Positions 1 to 9,854 of a DNA stretch of 64,000 nt are shown piece by piece (position 1 is the stretch's first letter; the number at the start of each line of letters is the position of its first letter). The notes beneath the pieces were generated by a model. It did not search any database. It was not told the origin of the DNA and saw only the letters and a list, made by a program, of their open reading frames with translations. The translations under genes and the position numbers were made by a program. The stretch comes from Pseudomonadota bacterium (GTDB lineage Bacteria; Pseudomonadota; Alphaproteobacteria; Caulobacterales; Maricaulaceae), in contig JAYEGL010000011.1 in the NCBI GenBank assembly GCA_034659015.1, positions 181,310-245,309 on the forward strand. Direction: 5' to 3'.

Positions 1-1
1 C

Positions 2-1348
2 AAATCCACCCTGTTCAACCGGCTGGCCGGAAAACCGCTGGCGATCGTCGACGACCGTCCGGGCGTCACGCGCGATCGCCGGGAGGCCCGCGGCCGGCTG
101 GGCGACATGGAACTCCTGCTGATCGACACGGCGGGTTATGACGATGCCGAAAAATCCGGCCTGGACGCGGAAATGCGCACCCAGACCGAGATCGCACTCC
201 GGGACGCCGACCTCTGCCTGCTCATGATCGATGCGCGCGCCGGCGTGACGCCGCTCGACCAGAATTTCGCCGAGGTCATCCGCCGCTCGGGCAAGCCGGT
301 CGTGCTGCTTGCCAACAAGTGCGAAGGCCGGACGGGCGAGAGCGGGTTGATGGATGCCTACGGGCTGGGCCTGGGCGAGCCCGTGGCGATCTCCGCGGCC
401 CATGGCGGCGGGATCGGCGAGCTCTACGATGCGGTCGAGGCGGGGCTGGGCGATCTCGCCCGGGACGCCAGGCGCTATCGCGAGGACAAGGACCAGCCGC
501 CCCTGCGCATCGCTGTCATCGGCCGGCCCAATGCGGGCAAGTCCACCCTGATCAATGCGCTGATCGGCGAGGAGCGCCTGATTACCGGCCCCGAGGCCGG
601 CATCACCCGCGATGCCATCTCCATCGACTGGATGTGGGACGGGCGCCGGGTGCGCCTTCACGATACGGCGGGCCTGCGCAAGCGCGGCAAGGTCAATGAC
701 CGGCTGGAACGGATGAGCGCGGCGGACACGCTGCGCGCGGTGAAGTTCGCCGAGGTCGTACTCCTGATCGTGGATGCCGGCCATCCGCTGGAAAAGCAGG
801 ACCTGCACCTCGCCGACATGGCCTACAAGGAGGGCCGCGCCGTCGCCATCGCCGTGTCCAAGATGGACCTGGTGCACAATCGCGAAGCCTTCATCAAGGA
901 CATCCGCGTCGAGTTCGAACGCCTCCTGCCGCAGATGACGGGCGCGCCCATCCTGCCGATCTCGGCGGTCAAGAAGAAGGGGCTGGAGACCATCATGCCG
1001 GCCCTCTCGCGTCTGCACGCCGACTGGGACGCCAAGGTGAAGACCCGCGACCTCAATGACTGGCTGCACGAGATGATCGAGCGCCATCCGCCGCCCTCGG
1101 TCAATGGCCGCCGCATCAAGCCGCGCTACATCACCCAGACCAAGGGCCGGCCGCCGACCTTCGTGATGATGTGCTCGCGCGCCGCCGACCTGCCGGAAAG
1201 CTACAAGCGCTATCTGGTCAACGGTATCCGCGAGGCCTTCGACCTGCCGGGCGTGCCGATCCGTCTGATCGTGAAGGCCGGCAAGAACCCTTATGTCGAG
1301 GGCGAGCGGGGTGGCTCCGGCGGCAAGAAGGCGGACGCGAAGAAGTAG
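2..1348 (+). CDS. der: GTPase Der (EngA), 5' end cut by window edge
   Basis: The frame is open from base 2 (KSTLFNRLAG, the tail of the first P-loop) and continues into track ORF 107..1348. It has a second P-loop (GRPNAGKSTL), DTAG motifs and a KH-like C-terminus, as in two-domain Der. Confidence 0.95.
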   Translation, partial: KSTLFNRLAGKPLAIVDDRPGVTRDRREARGRLGDMELLLIDTAGYDDAEKSGLDAEMRTQTEIALRDADLCLLMIDARAGVTPLDQNFAEVIRRSGKPVVLLANKCEGRTGESGLMDAYGLGLGEPVAISAAHGGGIGELYDAVEAGLGDLARDARRYREDKDQPPLRIAVIGRPNAGKSTLINALIGEERLITGPEAGITRDAISIDWMWDGRRVRLHDTAGLRKRGKVNDRLERMSAADTLRAVKFAEVVLLIVDAGHPLEKQDLHLADMAYKEGRAVAIAVSKMDLVHNREAFIKDIRVEFERLLPQMTGAPILPISAVKKKGLETIMPALSRLHADWDAKVKTRDLNDWLHEMIERHPPPSVNGRRIKPRYITQTKGRPPTFVMMCSRAADLPESYKRYLVNGIREAFDLPGVPIRLIVKAGKNPYVEGERGGSGGKKADAKK

Positions 1349-1371
1349 GTCTCTTCACCGGAAATTAGCGT

Positions 1372-1536
1372 GTCATCCCGGACGGATGCCCCGCGCAGGC
1401 GGGGCGTAGATCCGGGACCTATACAGCTCCGCGCGAGCCGGAAGCAGGCTCTGCCGTCGTGACAGCCATAACGAACACCGGGATTATGGGTCCCGGCCCT
1501 GCAGCCCGCCTGCGCGGGCTATTCGACCGGGATGAC
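1372..1536. repeat. 165-bp element with ~52-bp terminal inverted repeats (family A, copy 1), MITE/REP-like
   Basis: The left arm gtcatcccggacggatgccccgcgcaggcggggcgtagatccgggacctata (1372-1423) is the near reverse complement of the right arm at 1485-1536. Each arm carries an internal GC hairpin. A second copy lies at 31438-31601. Confidence 0.8.
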
Positions 1537-1577
1537 AAAGTTGCGGTTTTTGCGAGCACGGCAGCTGCACCAGCAGC

Positions 1578-2057
1578 TCAGCCCGTTTGCAGCCGGTATT
1601 TCCGGAAGCGCTCGCCCTCATGGACGATCTCGCCGACCATCTCGGCGCCCAGCCGCTCCAGCCCGCGTACATGGTGGCGCGAGGGCGGCAGGAGGAATGT
1701 CACATAGGGGATGCGCGCATCGGCGCGGGCAAAGGCGAGGGCCTTGCGGGTGATCGCGAGGCCGAGACCGAAATCCTGCGGCTGGAGCACCAGGCCGTAA
1801 TCCCAGTCCTCGCCCTCCTTCTGGAAGCCGCCCCAGCCGGCATAGTCGCCATCGGCGAGGATGGCCCAGTGACCCAGCCCGTCGCGCGTCCAGCAGGCCT
1901 CCTTGGCGGCGATGAAGGCTGCGCAGGCGGCCCGGTCCCAGCCGCCTTTCAGGAGCGGCATGTGTTCGGCCAGGCGCGGATCGGACATGTGCGCGACGAT
2001 GGTGTCGGGCGCGATCCCGGTGAGGCGGGTGAAGGCGATGTCGGGGCGAGGGCGCAT
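1578..2057 (-). CDS. GNAT-family N-acetyltransferase
   Basis: 159-aa ORF with GNAT-like core segments (LVLQPQDFGLGLAITRKALAFA, then GLERLGAEMVGEI). The overlapping + ORFs are R/G/A-rich shadows. Confidence 0.7.
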   Translation of the reverse strand: MRPRPDIAFTRLTGIAPDTIVAHMSDPRLAEHMPLLKGGWDRAACAAFIAAKEACWTRDGLGHWAILADGDYAGWGGFQKEGEDWDYGLVLQPQDFGLGLAITRKALAFARADARIPYVTFLLPPSRHHVRGLERLGAEMVGEIVHEGERFRKYRLQTG

Positions 2058-2142
2058 GGGCGTCGACTAGCACCGACCCCGCCGCATCAGAAGGTCGGAC
2101 CCGCTTGTCTCACGCGAAGTTGAAGCGGGTGTGGCGATCTCA

Positions 2143-2260
2143 ATCCTCGCCCTTGATGGGCGAGGTGTCCGCAAGTCTGCCTCCACCGGGATTCACCCCT
2201 TCCGACCCCTCCTTCGCCAAGGCTACGGAGGGCCCACCTTCCCCATCAAGGGGAAGGATG
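2143..2260. repeat. Palindromic intergenic repeat (family B, copy 1): two short hairpins
   Basis: Contains atcctcgcccttgatgggcgagg (2143-2165) and ccttccccatcaaggggaaggatg (2237-2260). Both arms recur, reverse-complemented and fused, at 28860-28907. Confidence 0.6.
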
Positions 2261-2278
2261 ACGATCCCGGCGAGGAAA

Positions 2279-2995
2279 CTACCCCTCGAAGCGCAGGATC
2301 TCGCCGTGGCGGGCGCAGTCGGGGCCGACGAGTTCGGACATCAGCGGCCACAGCGCCTTGGGCTCGGGCAGGCTCATCGGATCCTCGCCGGGGAAGGCCT
2401 TCGCCCGCATGCGCGTGCGCATGGCGCCGGGATAGACGACATTGATGCGCAGGGAGGGCGAATTGACGTGTTCGGCCGCCCAGGACTGGGCCAGGGCGTC
2501 GACGGCGGACTTGGAGGCCGCATAGGGCGCCCAGAAGGCGCGGCGGGAGGTGGCGGCGCCGGAGGAGATGAAGACGGCGCGGCCGGCGTCCGACGCCAGC
2601 AGCGGGCCCTCGAAGGCGCGGATCATGCGGGCCGGTGCGATCAGGTTGACGCCCATCACGCTCTGCCAGGTTTTCGACTTCACCTGGGCGGCCGGCGTCA
2701 GCTCGCCCAGCGCGCCGGCGCAGGCGAGCATGATGTCCAGCTTGCCCCAGCGTTCCGAGACGATCTGGCCGAGCTGTTCGATCCCGTCTTCCGACATCAG
2801 GTCCATCGGCACCAGCGTGGCGGTACCGCCCTCGGCCTTGATGGCATCGTCCAGCTCCTCCAGCGCGCCCTGGGTGCGCGCCGTGGCGATAACGTGGGCG
2901 CCGGCGCGGGCCAGTTCCAGCGCCATGGCATGGCCAATACCCCGCGAGGCCCCGCTCACCAGAGCGAGGCGGCCTTTCAGATCGATGTCGGTCAT
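2279..2995 (-). CDS. SDR-family short-chain dehydrogenase/reductase
   Basis: Has the N-terminal Rossmann motif VSGASRGIG and the catalytic YAASK (Y-x3-K). 238 aa. Confidence 0.9.
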   Translation of the reverse strand: MTDIDLKGRLALVSGASRGIGHAMALELARAGAHVIATARTQGALEELDDAIKAEGGTATLVPMDLMSEDGIEQLGQIVSERWGKLDIMLACAGALGELTPAAQVKSKTWQSVMGVNLIAPARMIRAFEGPLLASDAGRAVFISSGAATSRRAFWAPYAASKSAVDALAQSWAAEHVNSPSLRINVVYPGAMRTRMRAKAFPGEDPMSLPEPKALWPLMSELVGPDCARHGEILRFEG

Positions 2996-4473
2996 GCGTC
3001 CACCAGGAGAGAGAGCTGGAATTCCTTGGCCGAAAGGTCCCGGTCGTGATCGACGAGCCGGGTCGGATATTCACCGGTGAAATAGTGGTCGGCCAGCTGC
3101 GGATCGGCGTCGTTGCGGTCTTCCCCGACGACGGCCTGGTAAAGCCCGTTGACCGAGAGGAAGTCCAGACTGTCGGCCTCCAGCTTGGCGGTCATCTCGT
3201 CGAGCTCCATGTTCGCCGCGATCAGCTCGTTCCGGCCGGCCATGTCGATGCCGTAGAAGTCCGGGAATTTGATCGGCGGGCAGGCGGAGCGGAAATGCAC
3301 TTCCGCGGCGCCGGCTTCGCGCATCATGCGCACGATCTTCAGCGAGGTCGTGCCGCGCACGATCGAGTCGTCGATCAGCAGGACGCGCTTGCCTTTCACC
3401 ACGGCGGCATTGGCCGAGTGCTTGCGGCGCACCGAGAGGTCGCGCCGGTCCTGGGTCGGCTGGATGAAGGTGCGGCCCACGAAGTGGGAGCGGATGATGC
3501 CCAGTTCGAAGGGCACGCCGGAGGCTTCCGAATAGCCGATCGCCGCCGGCACGCCGCTGTCGGGCACCGGGATGACCACGTCCACGTCGGCCGGGTTTTC
3601 CAGCGCCAGCTGGCGGCCCATCTGCTTGCGGGCCTCGTAGACCGAGCGGCCGCCGATCACCGAGTCGGGACGGGCGAAATAGATGTATTCGAAGGCGCAG
3701 ATACGGGCCGGATGAGCCGGCGCGAAGCGCTCTGAACGGATGCCTTCCTCGCTGACGACCACGGCCTCGCCGGGTTCGATGTCGCGGATGAAGGTGGCGC
3801 CGACCATGTCCAGCGCACAGCTTTCCGAGGCGAAGATCACCGCATCGCCCAGCGACCCCATCACCAGCGGGCGGATGCCGTAGGGGTCGCGCGCCGCGAT
3901 CAGCCGGTCATTGACCAGCGCGACGAAGGCGAAGGCGCCCTGGACCTGTTTCAGCGCCTGCAGGACGCGATTGGTCAGCTTGGTCTTTTTCGACTGGGCG
4001 GCCAGATGCAGCACGACCTCCGAATCGGAGGTCGACTGGAAGATGGCGCCATGGCTGACGAGTTCCTCGCGCAGCACGCGGGCATTGGTCAGATTGCCGT
4101 TATGGGCGAGGGCGATGCCGCCGCCGCGCACATCCGAATAGAGGGGCTGTACATTACGCAACACCGACGCGCCCTGGGTGGAATAGCGGGCATGCCCGAT
4201 GGCGACCTTTCCGGGCAGGCGCTGCGGCATGTCCGGCGAGGTGAAGTTCTCGCCGACAAGGCCGAGATAGCGCTCGATATGGAAACGCGACCCGTCATGG
4301 GTCGCGATACCGCAGGCTTCCTGGCCGCGATGCTGCAGGGCGTGGAGCCCGAGCGCGGTCAATATGCCGGCATCCTCGGCATTGTAGACAGCGAAAACGC
4401 CGCATTCTTCCTGGGGGCGATCCGTTTCCGGATCGTAAGTGAGCGTGGCAGTGGGGGCCGGGGCCTGGCTCAT
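2992..4473 (-). CDS. purF: Amidophosphoribosyltransferase
   Basis: Ntn-type N-terminus (ECGVFAVY), a PRTase motif (VLLIDDSIVRGTT), and the conserved cvpA-purF pairing. Confidence 0.97.
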   Translation of the reverse strand: MSQAPAPTATLTYDPETDRPQEECGVFAVYNAEDAGILTALGLHALQHRGQEACGIATHDGSRFHIERYLGLVGENFTSPDMPQRLPGKVAIGHARYSTQGASVLRNVQPLYSDVRGGGIALAHNGNLTNARVLREELVSHGAIFQSTSDSEVVLHLAAQSKKTKLTNRVLQALKQVQGAFAFVALVNDRLIAARDPYGIRPLVMGSLGDAVIFASESCALDMVGATFIRDIEPGEAVVVSEEGIRSERFAPAHPARICAFEYIYFARPDSVIGGRSVYEARKQMGRQLALENPADVDVVIPVPDSGVPAAIGYSEASGVPFELGIIRSHFVGRTFIQPTQDRRDLSVRRKHSANAAVVKGKRVLLIDDSIVRGTTSLKIVRMMREAGAAEVHFRSACPPIKFPDFYGIDMAGRNELIAANMELDEMTAKLEADSLDFLSVNGLYQAVVGEDRNDADPQLADHYFTGEYPTRLVDHDRDLSAKEFQLSLLVDA

Positions 4474-5114
4474 CCGTCCTCGTCCTGGTCATCCGTGGTC
4501 GAACCGATGAGGTCATCTAGTCGGTTTCGGTCGCGGCTTCCATAGGAGCTGTCATTATTTCTTATTGTTTGTGCAATCGGGTCGTCTTCGGCATCGGGCA
4601 GCGGTTGCGTTTCCGCGAGGCGCGAGGTTTCCGGCGCCAGCGTCTGCAGGGCGCGCGCGGTGGCGCTGACCAGGGGATAAATACGGGCCTGGCTGACCCA
4701 GCCGGGCGGGCGGCCGTTCTCGCCCATCGTGGCAGCCATGAAGATCACGCCCAGTCCCAGCAGGACGAGACCGCGCACCACGCCGAAGGCAAAGCCCAGC
4801 GTGCGGTCGACGACATTGACGTCCTCGCCCTTGGCGAGGCCCCGGGACAGCGAGCTGGTGACGAAGGTGACGGCCAGATAGACCAGCAGGAAGATCGATG
4901 CGCCCACGGCCAGCGGCGCCAGCCAGTCCGGGTCGATGATGTCGCGTGCGGGGCCGATGAAGGCCGGCAGGCTCCACAGCGCGGCCAGCGAGGCGGCGAC
5001 GAAGGCCGTGACCGAGAGCGCTTCACGGACAAAGCCGCGCACCAGCGCCAGAAGACCCGAGATCAGCAGGATAGCCAGTCCGATCCCGTCAAAGGCACTC
5101 AGCGAGCTCTCCAT
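4470..5114 (-). CDS. cvpA: CvpA-family membrane protein
   Basis: Multi-pass hydrophobic N-terminal region with an acidic tail. It overlaps the purF start by 4 nt, the classic cvpA-purF arrangement. Confidence 0.85.
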   Translation of the reverse strand: MESSLSAFDGIGLAILLISGLLALVRGFVREALSVTAFVAASLAALWSLPAFIGPARDIIDPDWLAPLAVGASIFLLVYLAVTFVTSSLSRGLAKGEDVNVVDRTLGFAFGVVRGLVLLGLGVIFMAATMGENGRPPGWVSQARIYPLVSATARALQTLAPETSRLAETQPLPDAEDDPIAQTIRNNDSSYGSRDRNRLDDLIGSTTDDQDEDG

Positions 5115-5125
5115 CCCCTTACTCC

Positions 5126-6502
5126 CTACTCTCCCGCCAGGGCCCTCAAAGTCTGCACCAATTCGAGCGCCGTGGCCACGCCGTGCACGCGCACGGGTGT
5201 TTTATTGTCGGCGGCGGCCCGCGGCGCAATGGCCGAGTCGAAACCGAGCTTGGCCGCTTCCTTGAGCCGGGCGTCCGAACGGCCGACGGGACGAACATCG
5301 CCGGAAAGACTGATTTCTCCGTAAACGACGCCTTTGCCCGGCAGCGCCACGTCCATCGCCGAGGACACGATCGCCGCCGCCACGGCCAGATCGGCGGCCG
5401 GTTCGGTGATTTTCAGCCCGCCGGCCACGTTGAGGAAGATGTCGCGGTTGGAGATGTTCACGCCGCAGCGCGCCTCCAGCACGGCGAGCACCATGGCCAG
5501 CCGGCCCGAATCCCAGCCCACCACGGCGCGGCGCGGCGTGCCGAAGGCGGCGGGAGCCACCAGGGCCTGGATTTCCGACAGGACGGGGCGCGTGCCTTCC
5601 ATGCCGGCGAAGACGGCGGCGCCGGGATTGGCCTCGCCGCGGCCGTCCAGAAACAGGGAGGAGGGGTTGGCGACTTGGGCCAGGCCCTTGTCGCCCATTT
5701 CGAAGACGCCGATCTCGTCGGTCGGGCCGAACCGGTTCTTTACCGCGCGCAGGATGCGGAACTGGTGGGCGCGCTCGCCCTCGAAATACAGCACCGCATC
5801 GACCATGTGCTCCACCACGCGGGGCCCGGCGATCTGGCCGTCCTTGGTGACATGGCCGACCAGGATGACGGTGCAGTTGCGCTTTTTCGCAAAGCGCACG
5901 AGTTCCTGGGCGCAGGCGCGCACCTGCGCCACCGTGCCCGGCGCCGCGGCCAGCTGGTCGGTCCACAGGGTCTGGATCGAATCGATGACGACGATGTCCG
6001 GCTTTTCCGATTTCAGCCCGTCGAGAATGTCGTTGAGCGAGGTTTCCGCCGCCAGCGCCACCGGCGCGTCGGCCAGGCCGAGGCGTTTGGCGCGGCGGCG
6101 CACCTGGTCGATCGCCTCCTCGCCGGAAATGTAGATGGCGCGCGTGTCCTGGCTGGCCAGCTGCGCCATGAGCTGCAGCAGGAGGGTCGACTTGCCGATG
6201 CCCGGATCGCCGCCGACCAGGATGGCCGAGCCGGGCACCAGCCCGCCGCCGGCAACCCGGTCGAGTTCCTCAATCCCCGAGCGCATGCGCGGCGTGTCGG
6301 GCGTTTCCGCCCCCAGGTCGACCAGTTCCAGCCGCGCCGCGCGGCCGCGCTTTTTCGGGGCGGTCGCCTGGGTGCCCAGGGGCGCGGCGGGGGCTTCCTC
6401 GACCAGCGTGTTCCACTGGCCGCAATCGTCGCACTTGCCGGCCCATTTGGAATGCACGGCGCCGCAGGACTGGCAGACATAGACACTGTCGGATCGGGCC
6501 AT
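5126..6502 (-). CDS. radA: DNA repair protein RadA
   Basis: N-terminal zinc ribbon (YVCQSCG...CDDCGQWNT), Walker A (GDPGIGKST), KNRFG motif and a Lon-like C-terminal domain. I place the start at MARSDSVYVC, internal to track ORF 5126..6532. Confidence 0.95.
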   Translation of the reverse strand: MARSDSVYVCQSCGAVHSKWAGKCDDCGQWNTLVEEAPAAPLGTQATAPKKRGRAARLELVDLGAETPDTPRMRSGIEELDRVAGGGLVPGSAILVGGDPGIGKSTLLLQLMAQLASQDTRAIYISGEEAIDQVRRRAKRLGLADAPVALAAETSLNDILDGLKSEKPDIVVIDSIQTLWTDQLAAAPGTVAQVRACAQELVRFAKKRNCTVILVGHVTKDGQIAGPRVVEHMVDAVLYFEGERAHQFRILRAVKNRFGPTDEIGVFEMGDKGLAQVANPSSLFLDGRGEANPGAAVFAGMEGTRPVLSEIQALVAPAAFGTPRRAVVGWDSGRLAMVLAVLEARCGVNISNRDIFLNVAGGLKITEPAADLAVAAAIVSSAMDVALPGKGVVYGEISLSGDVRPVGRSDARLKEAAKLGFDSAIAPRAAADNKTPVRVHGVATALELVQTLRALAGE

Positions 6503-6594
6503 GGGAATGTGTCTCCTTCGATTCCCGCACATTCAAGCAGGCGGGGATGACAGAAGGAGTCATTCGCCGTGCGCGTCAAGCAGCGAACCGGCGG

Positions 6595-7749
6595 TCAGCG
6601 CCGCTGTGCCGCCGGCTTGTAGATGCGGTGAAAGCGCAGGCCCAGGCGGACCAGGAATTCGTAGGAGATGGTCGCCGCGCTGTCGGCCATGTCCTCGATG
6701 TCGCCGCCCAGGAAACAGACCGGATGGCCCGGGGCGATGTCGTCGGCGACCCCGGTGACGTCGACGCCGATCAGGTCCATCGAGACCCGGCCCAGGATCG
6801 GCACGCGCGTCTCGCCGATCCGGCCATAGCCGCCATTGCCGAAGGCGCGCAGCAGCCCGTCCGCATAGCCCGCCGCGACCGTGGCCATGCGGCGCGGCGT
6901 CTCGGCGGTATAGGTGGCGCCATAGCCCACCGTGTCGCCGGGGCGCAGGTCGCGGATCTGCAGGATGGGGGCGTCGATTGTCACGGCCGGTTCGAAGGGC
7001 GAGTCGTGGCCGGGGGCCGGGACACCGCCATAGAGGGCCAGGCCGGGGCGCAGCACGTCGAAATGATAGTCCGGTCCCAGCAGGATGCCCGCCGAATTGG
7101 ACAGCGAGGCGGGGATGCCCGGAAAGGCCTCGCGGACGCGCCGGAAACGCTTCAGCTGCAGCGCGTTGAGCGGGTAGACCGGCTCGTCCGCGCAGGCCAG
7201 ATGGCTCATGATCTGGCGTACATCGATGGCGTCCAGGCGGCCCGGATCGGCGATCAGCGCATCGGTCTCTTCCGGGCCCAGGCCGAGCCGGTTCATGCCG
7301 GTATCGAAATGCAGGGCGCAGGGCAGGTCCGGGGCCTGGTCGCGCAATTGCTCCAGCTGGGCCAGCTCGTTGATCACCGGGAAGAGCTCGGCTTCGCGCA
7401 GGGCCGGCAGTTCGGCCGGCCAGAAGCCGTTGAAGACATAGATGTCTGCTGTGCGGCCGGCCAGCGCGGCGCGCGCCTCGCGGCCTTCCTGGGTATGGGC
7501 GACATAGAAGGTGCGGCAGCCCGCATCGGCCAGCGCCGGCACGATCTCGGTGGCGCCCAGCCCGTAGGCGTTCGCCTTCACCACGGCGCCGGCATCGGCG
7601 CCGGGGGCGAGGTCGCGGATCCTGGCGTAATTGCTCTGGATGGTCGCCAGATCGATGATCAGGCGCGGCGCCGGTTCGGCGCGGGTCTCGTCAGGCGTTT
7701 GGGTCTTCAAATCGCGTATCAAGGTCGCTGAATTTCGTCCGGGCACCAT
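6595..7749 (-). CDS. alr: Alanine racemase (start uncertain)
   Basis: Has the PLP-lysine region VVKANAYGLG and an alanine-racemase C-terminal domain. The start is uncertain: ATG at 7749 or 7779, or in-frame TTG at 7722 or 7710. Every option overlaps the dnaB 3' end (stop at 7691). Confidence 0.9.
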   Translation of the reverse strand: MVPGRNSATLIRDLKTQTPDETRAEPAPRLIIDLATIQSNYARIRDLAPGADAGAVVKANAYGLGATEIVPALADAGCRTFYVAHTQEGREARAALAGRTADIYVFNGFWPAELPALREAELFPVINELAQLEQLRDQAPDLPCALHFDTGMNRLGLGPEETDALIADPGRLDAIDVRQIMSHLACADEPVYPLNALQLKRFRRVREAFPGIPASLSNSAGILLGPDYHFDVLRPGLALYGGVPAPGHDSPFEPAVTIDAPILQIRDLRPGDTVGYGATYTAETPRRMATVAAGYADGLLRAFGNGGYGRIGETRVPILGRVSMDLIGVDVTGVADDIAPGHPVCFLGGDIEDMADSAATISYEFLVRLGLRFHRIYKPAAQRR

Positions 7750-9178
7750 CGAAGGACAGCTTCGCCGTGCCGATGGCACCGTGACGCTGCTTGCCGATGA
7801 TGACTTCCGCCAGTTTCTCGATGCGGCGGAATTCCTCTTCCCACGCGAGATACTCGGGCGTGTCTTCGCGCGGTTTCTCCCGTTCCTTGTAATAGGCTTC
7901 GCGATAGACGAACAGCACGACGTCAGCGTCCTGCTCGATCGAGCCGGATTCGCGCAGGTCGGACAGCTGCGGTTTCTTGTCGTCGCGGCTTTCCACCTGG
8001 CGCGAGAGCTGGGACAGGGCGATCACCGGAACGCCCAGCTCCTTGGCCAGGGCCTTGAGGTTCTGGGTGACCTCGGACACCTCCTGCACCCGGCTGTCGC
8101 CGGCGCGGGTCTTGGAGGAGGTGACGAGCTGGAGATAGTCGACCACGATCAGGTCGAGCCCGTGGGTGCGCTTGAGCCGGCGCGCGCGGGCGGCCAGCGC
8201 CGAGATGGGCAGGCCGCCGGTGTCGTCGATGTAGAGCGGCAGGCCCTGAATCTCCAGGCAGGCATCGCGGATCTCTTCGTACTGGGTCGCGTCGATCGTG
8301 CCCTGGCGGATCATGTAGCCGGGAATGCCGGTATAGTCGGCGATGAGACGCGTCGCGAGCTGTTCGGCGGACATTTCCAGCGAGTAGAAGCCGACCACGC
8401 CGCCGCTCGTCGTCTTGCGCGAGCCGTCGGGCAGTTCCTCGAAGGCGTAGTTGCGCGCCACGTCGAAGGCGATGTTGGTAGCCAGGGCGGTCTTGCCCAT
8501 CGAGGGGCGTCCGGCGAGGATGATGAGATCGGAGGGGTGAAGCCCGCCCAGCTTCTCGTCCAGCGCCTTCAGGCCGGAAGAGATGCCCGACAGGCCGCCA
8601 TCGCGCTCATAGGCCGCCGCGGCCGTTTCCACGGATTCAGCCAGGGCCTGCTTGAAGCTGACGAAACCGCGCGAGGCCGAGCCTTCCTCGGCGAGATTGT
8701 AGAGCTGCTGCTCGATCTCCTGGATCAGGGCCCGCGCCTCGACCTCGGCATCGGCACCGGCGGCGTTGGACAGGTCGTTGCCGATGCGGATCAGTTCGCG
8801 GCGCAGCGCCAGCTCGTAGATGATCTTGGCGTATTCGACGGCGGCATTGCCCGTCACCGCGCCTTCCATGAGCACGGCGAGATAGGTCGTGCCGCCAATC
8901 TCGCGCAGCCCGTCATCGCGGTCGAACTGGGTTTTCAGCACCACGGCGTCGGCCAGCGAGCCGCGGCCGATCAGGTCGGCGGCGGTCTCGTAGATGCGGC
9001 CGTGCACGGGATCGTAGAAATGGCCCGGCTTCAGCCAGTCGGCGACCCGGTGATACATCTCGTTGTCGTACAGCAGGGCACCCAGGAAGGCCTGTTCGGC
9101 ATCCAGGTTATGCGGTGCCGTATCGGCATCGGCAATGTCGGAGTCGTCCTCGACGAACGGCTGCAGCGCGGTGGTCAT
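7691..9178 (-). CDS. dnaB: Replicative DNA helicase DnaB
   Basis: N-terminal PHNLDAEQAFLGALL, Walker A (GRPSMGKTA) and a RecA-like C-terminal domain. 495 aa. Confidence 0.97.
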   Translation of the reverse strand: MTTALQPFVEDDSDIADADTAPHNLDAEQAFLGALLYDNEMYHRVADWLKPGHFYDPVHGRIYETAADLIGRGSLADAVVLKTQFDRDDGLREIGGTTYLAVLMEGAVTGNAAVEYAKIIYELALRRELIRIGNDLSNAAGADAEVEARALIQEIEQQLYNLAEEGSASRGFVSFKQALAESVETAAAAYERDGGLSGISSGLKALDEKLGGLHPSDLIILAGRPSMGKTALATNIAFDVARNYAFEELPDGSRKTTSGGVVGFYSLEMSAEQLATRLIADYTGIPGYMIRQGTIDATQYEEIRDACLEIQGLPLYIDDTGGLPISALAARARRLKRTHGLDLIVVDYLQLVTSSKTRAGDSRVQEVSEVTQNLKALAKELGVPVIALSQLSRQVESRDDKKPQLSDLRESGSIEQDADVVLFVYREAYYKEREKPREDTPEYLAWEEEFRRIEKLAEVIIGKQRHGAIGTAKLSFDGARTKFSDLDTRFEDPNA

Positions 9179-9309
9179 TCCGATTGTCCCCTGGTCCTCG
9201 CCGTTTCGGGCGAAGGGCGGATCATTACCGGGCCGGCGCAGACTTGGCCACTGTCCATGACTGTCATTGTCAGGCGATTCCCGGCGCCGACATAAACTTT
9301 GTTGATGGC

Positions 9310-9318
9310 TGTGGATAA
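9310..9318 (-). promoter_or_regulatory. Perfect consensus DnaA box (TTATCCACA on the minus strand) upstream of dnaB
   Basis: The plus strand reads tgtggataa at 9310-9318, about 132 nt upstream of the dnaB start codon (9178). Function is not shown. Confidence 0.4.
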
Positions 9319-9422
9319 CCGGCGCCGCGCCTGATCGAAGAGGTGTTTAAACCCGGGGGCAGGAGGTTTTCAGTAGCGGGAAAACAAGGGTTTGACCCCG
9401 CTGTTTTTCCACAATGCCCCGG

Positions 9423-9854
9423 TCAGGAGCGCCGCCGGAACCAGGTCTGGTCCGTCGAGCGGAAGACCAGCACGATCGCGATCACCTGGATCGCGGTCAG
9501 CCAGGCGCCGATGGCGCCGCCGTCGTAATAGGGCAGGAAGGTGGAGAGGATATAGGCGGTCTTGGCGGCGACGAAATGCACCAGGATGGCCGGAAACGCC
9601 CAGCGCGAGCGGGCGAGCAGCAGAATGGTGGCGAGCAGAGCGCCCAGGCAGGCCAGGATCAGCGAGGTTTGCAGCGGCCAGTCGACGATCGGACGGACAT
9701 CCTCGAAGGTGACGCCGGGCTCCAGGTCGACATAGCGGTCGATGGAGAAGAAATTGATGCCGATCACGAAATAGCCCTGAGCCACACCCAGGAAGAGGCA
9801 CAGTATGACGGCGATCCAGCGCTCCGCGGCGCGAAAGACAGGCGGAAGGCCCAT
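9423..9854 (-). CDS. Hypothetical integral membrane protein
   Basis: 143-aa ORF with about four hydrophobic segments and high GC3. I recognise no family. Confidence 0.55.
   Translation of the reverse strand: MGLPPVFRAAERWIAVILCLFLGVAQGYFVIGINFFSIDRYVDLEPGVTFEDVRPIVDWPLQTSLILACLGALLATILLLARSRWAFPAILVHFVAAKTAYILSTFLPYYDGGAIGAWLTAIQVIAIVLVFRSTDQTWFRRRS

Noticed and set aside
9370-9410. A weak stem (agcggg...cccgct) followed by ttttt on the plus strand, downstream of the 9423..9854 membrane-protein gene.
   Set aside because: The T-run is on the wrong strand for that minus-strand gene, and the stem is short with a large loop. I do not consider it a supportable terminator.
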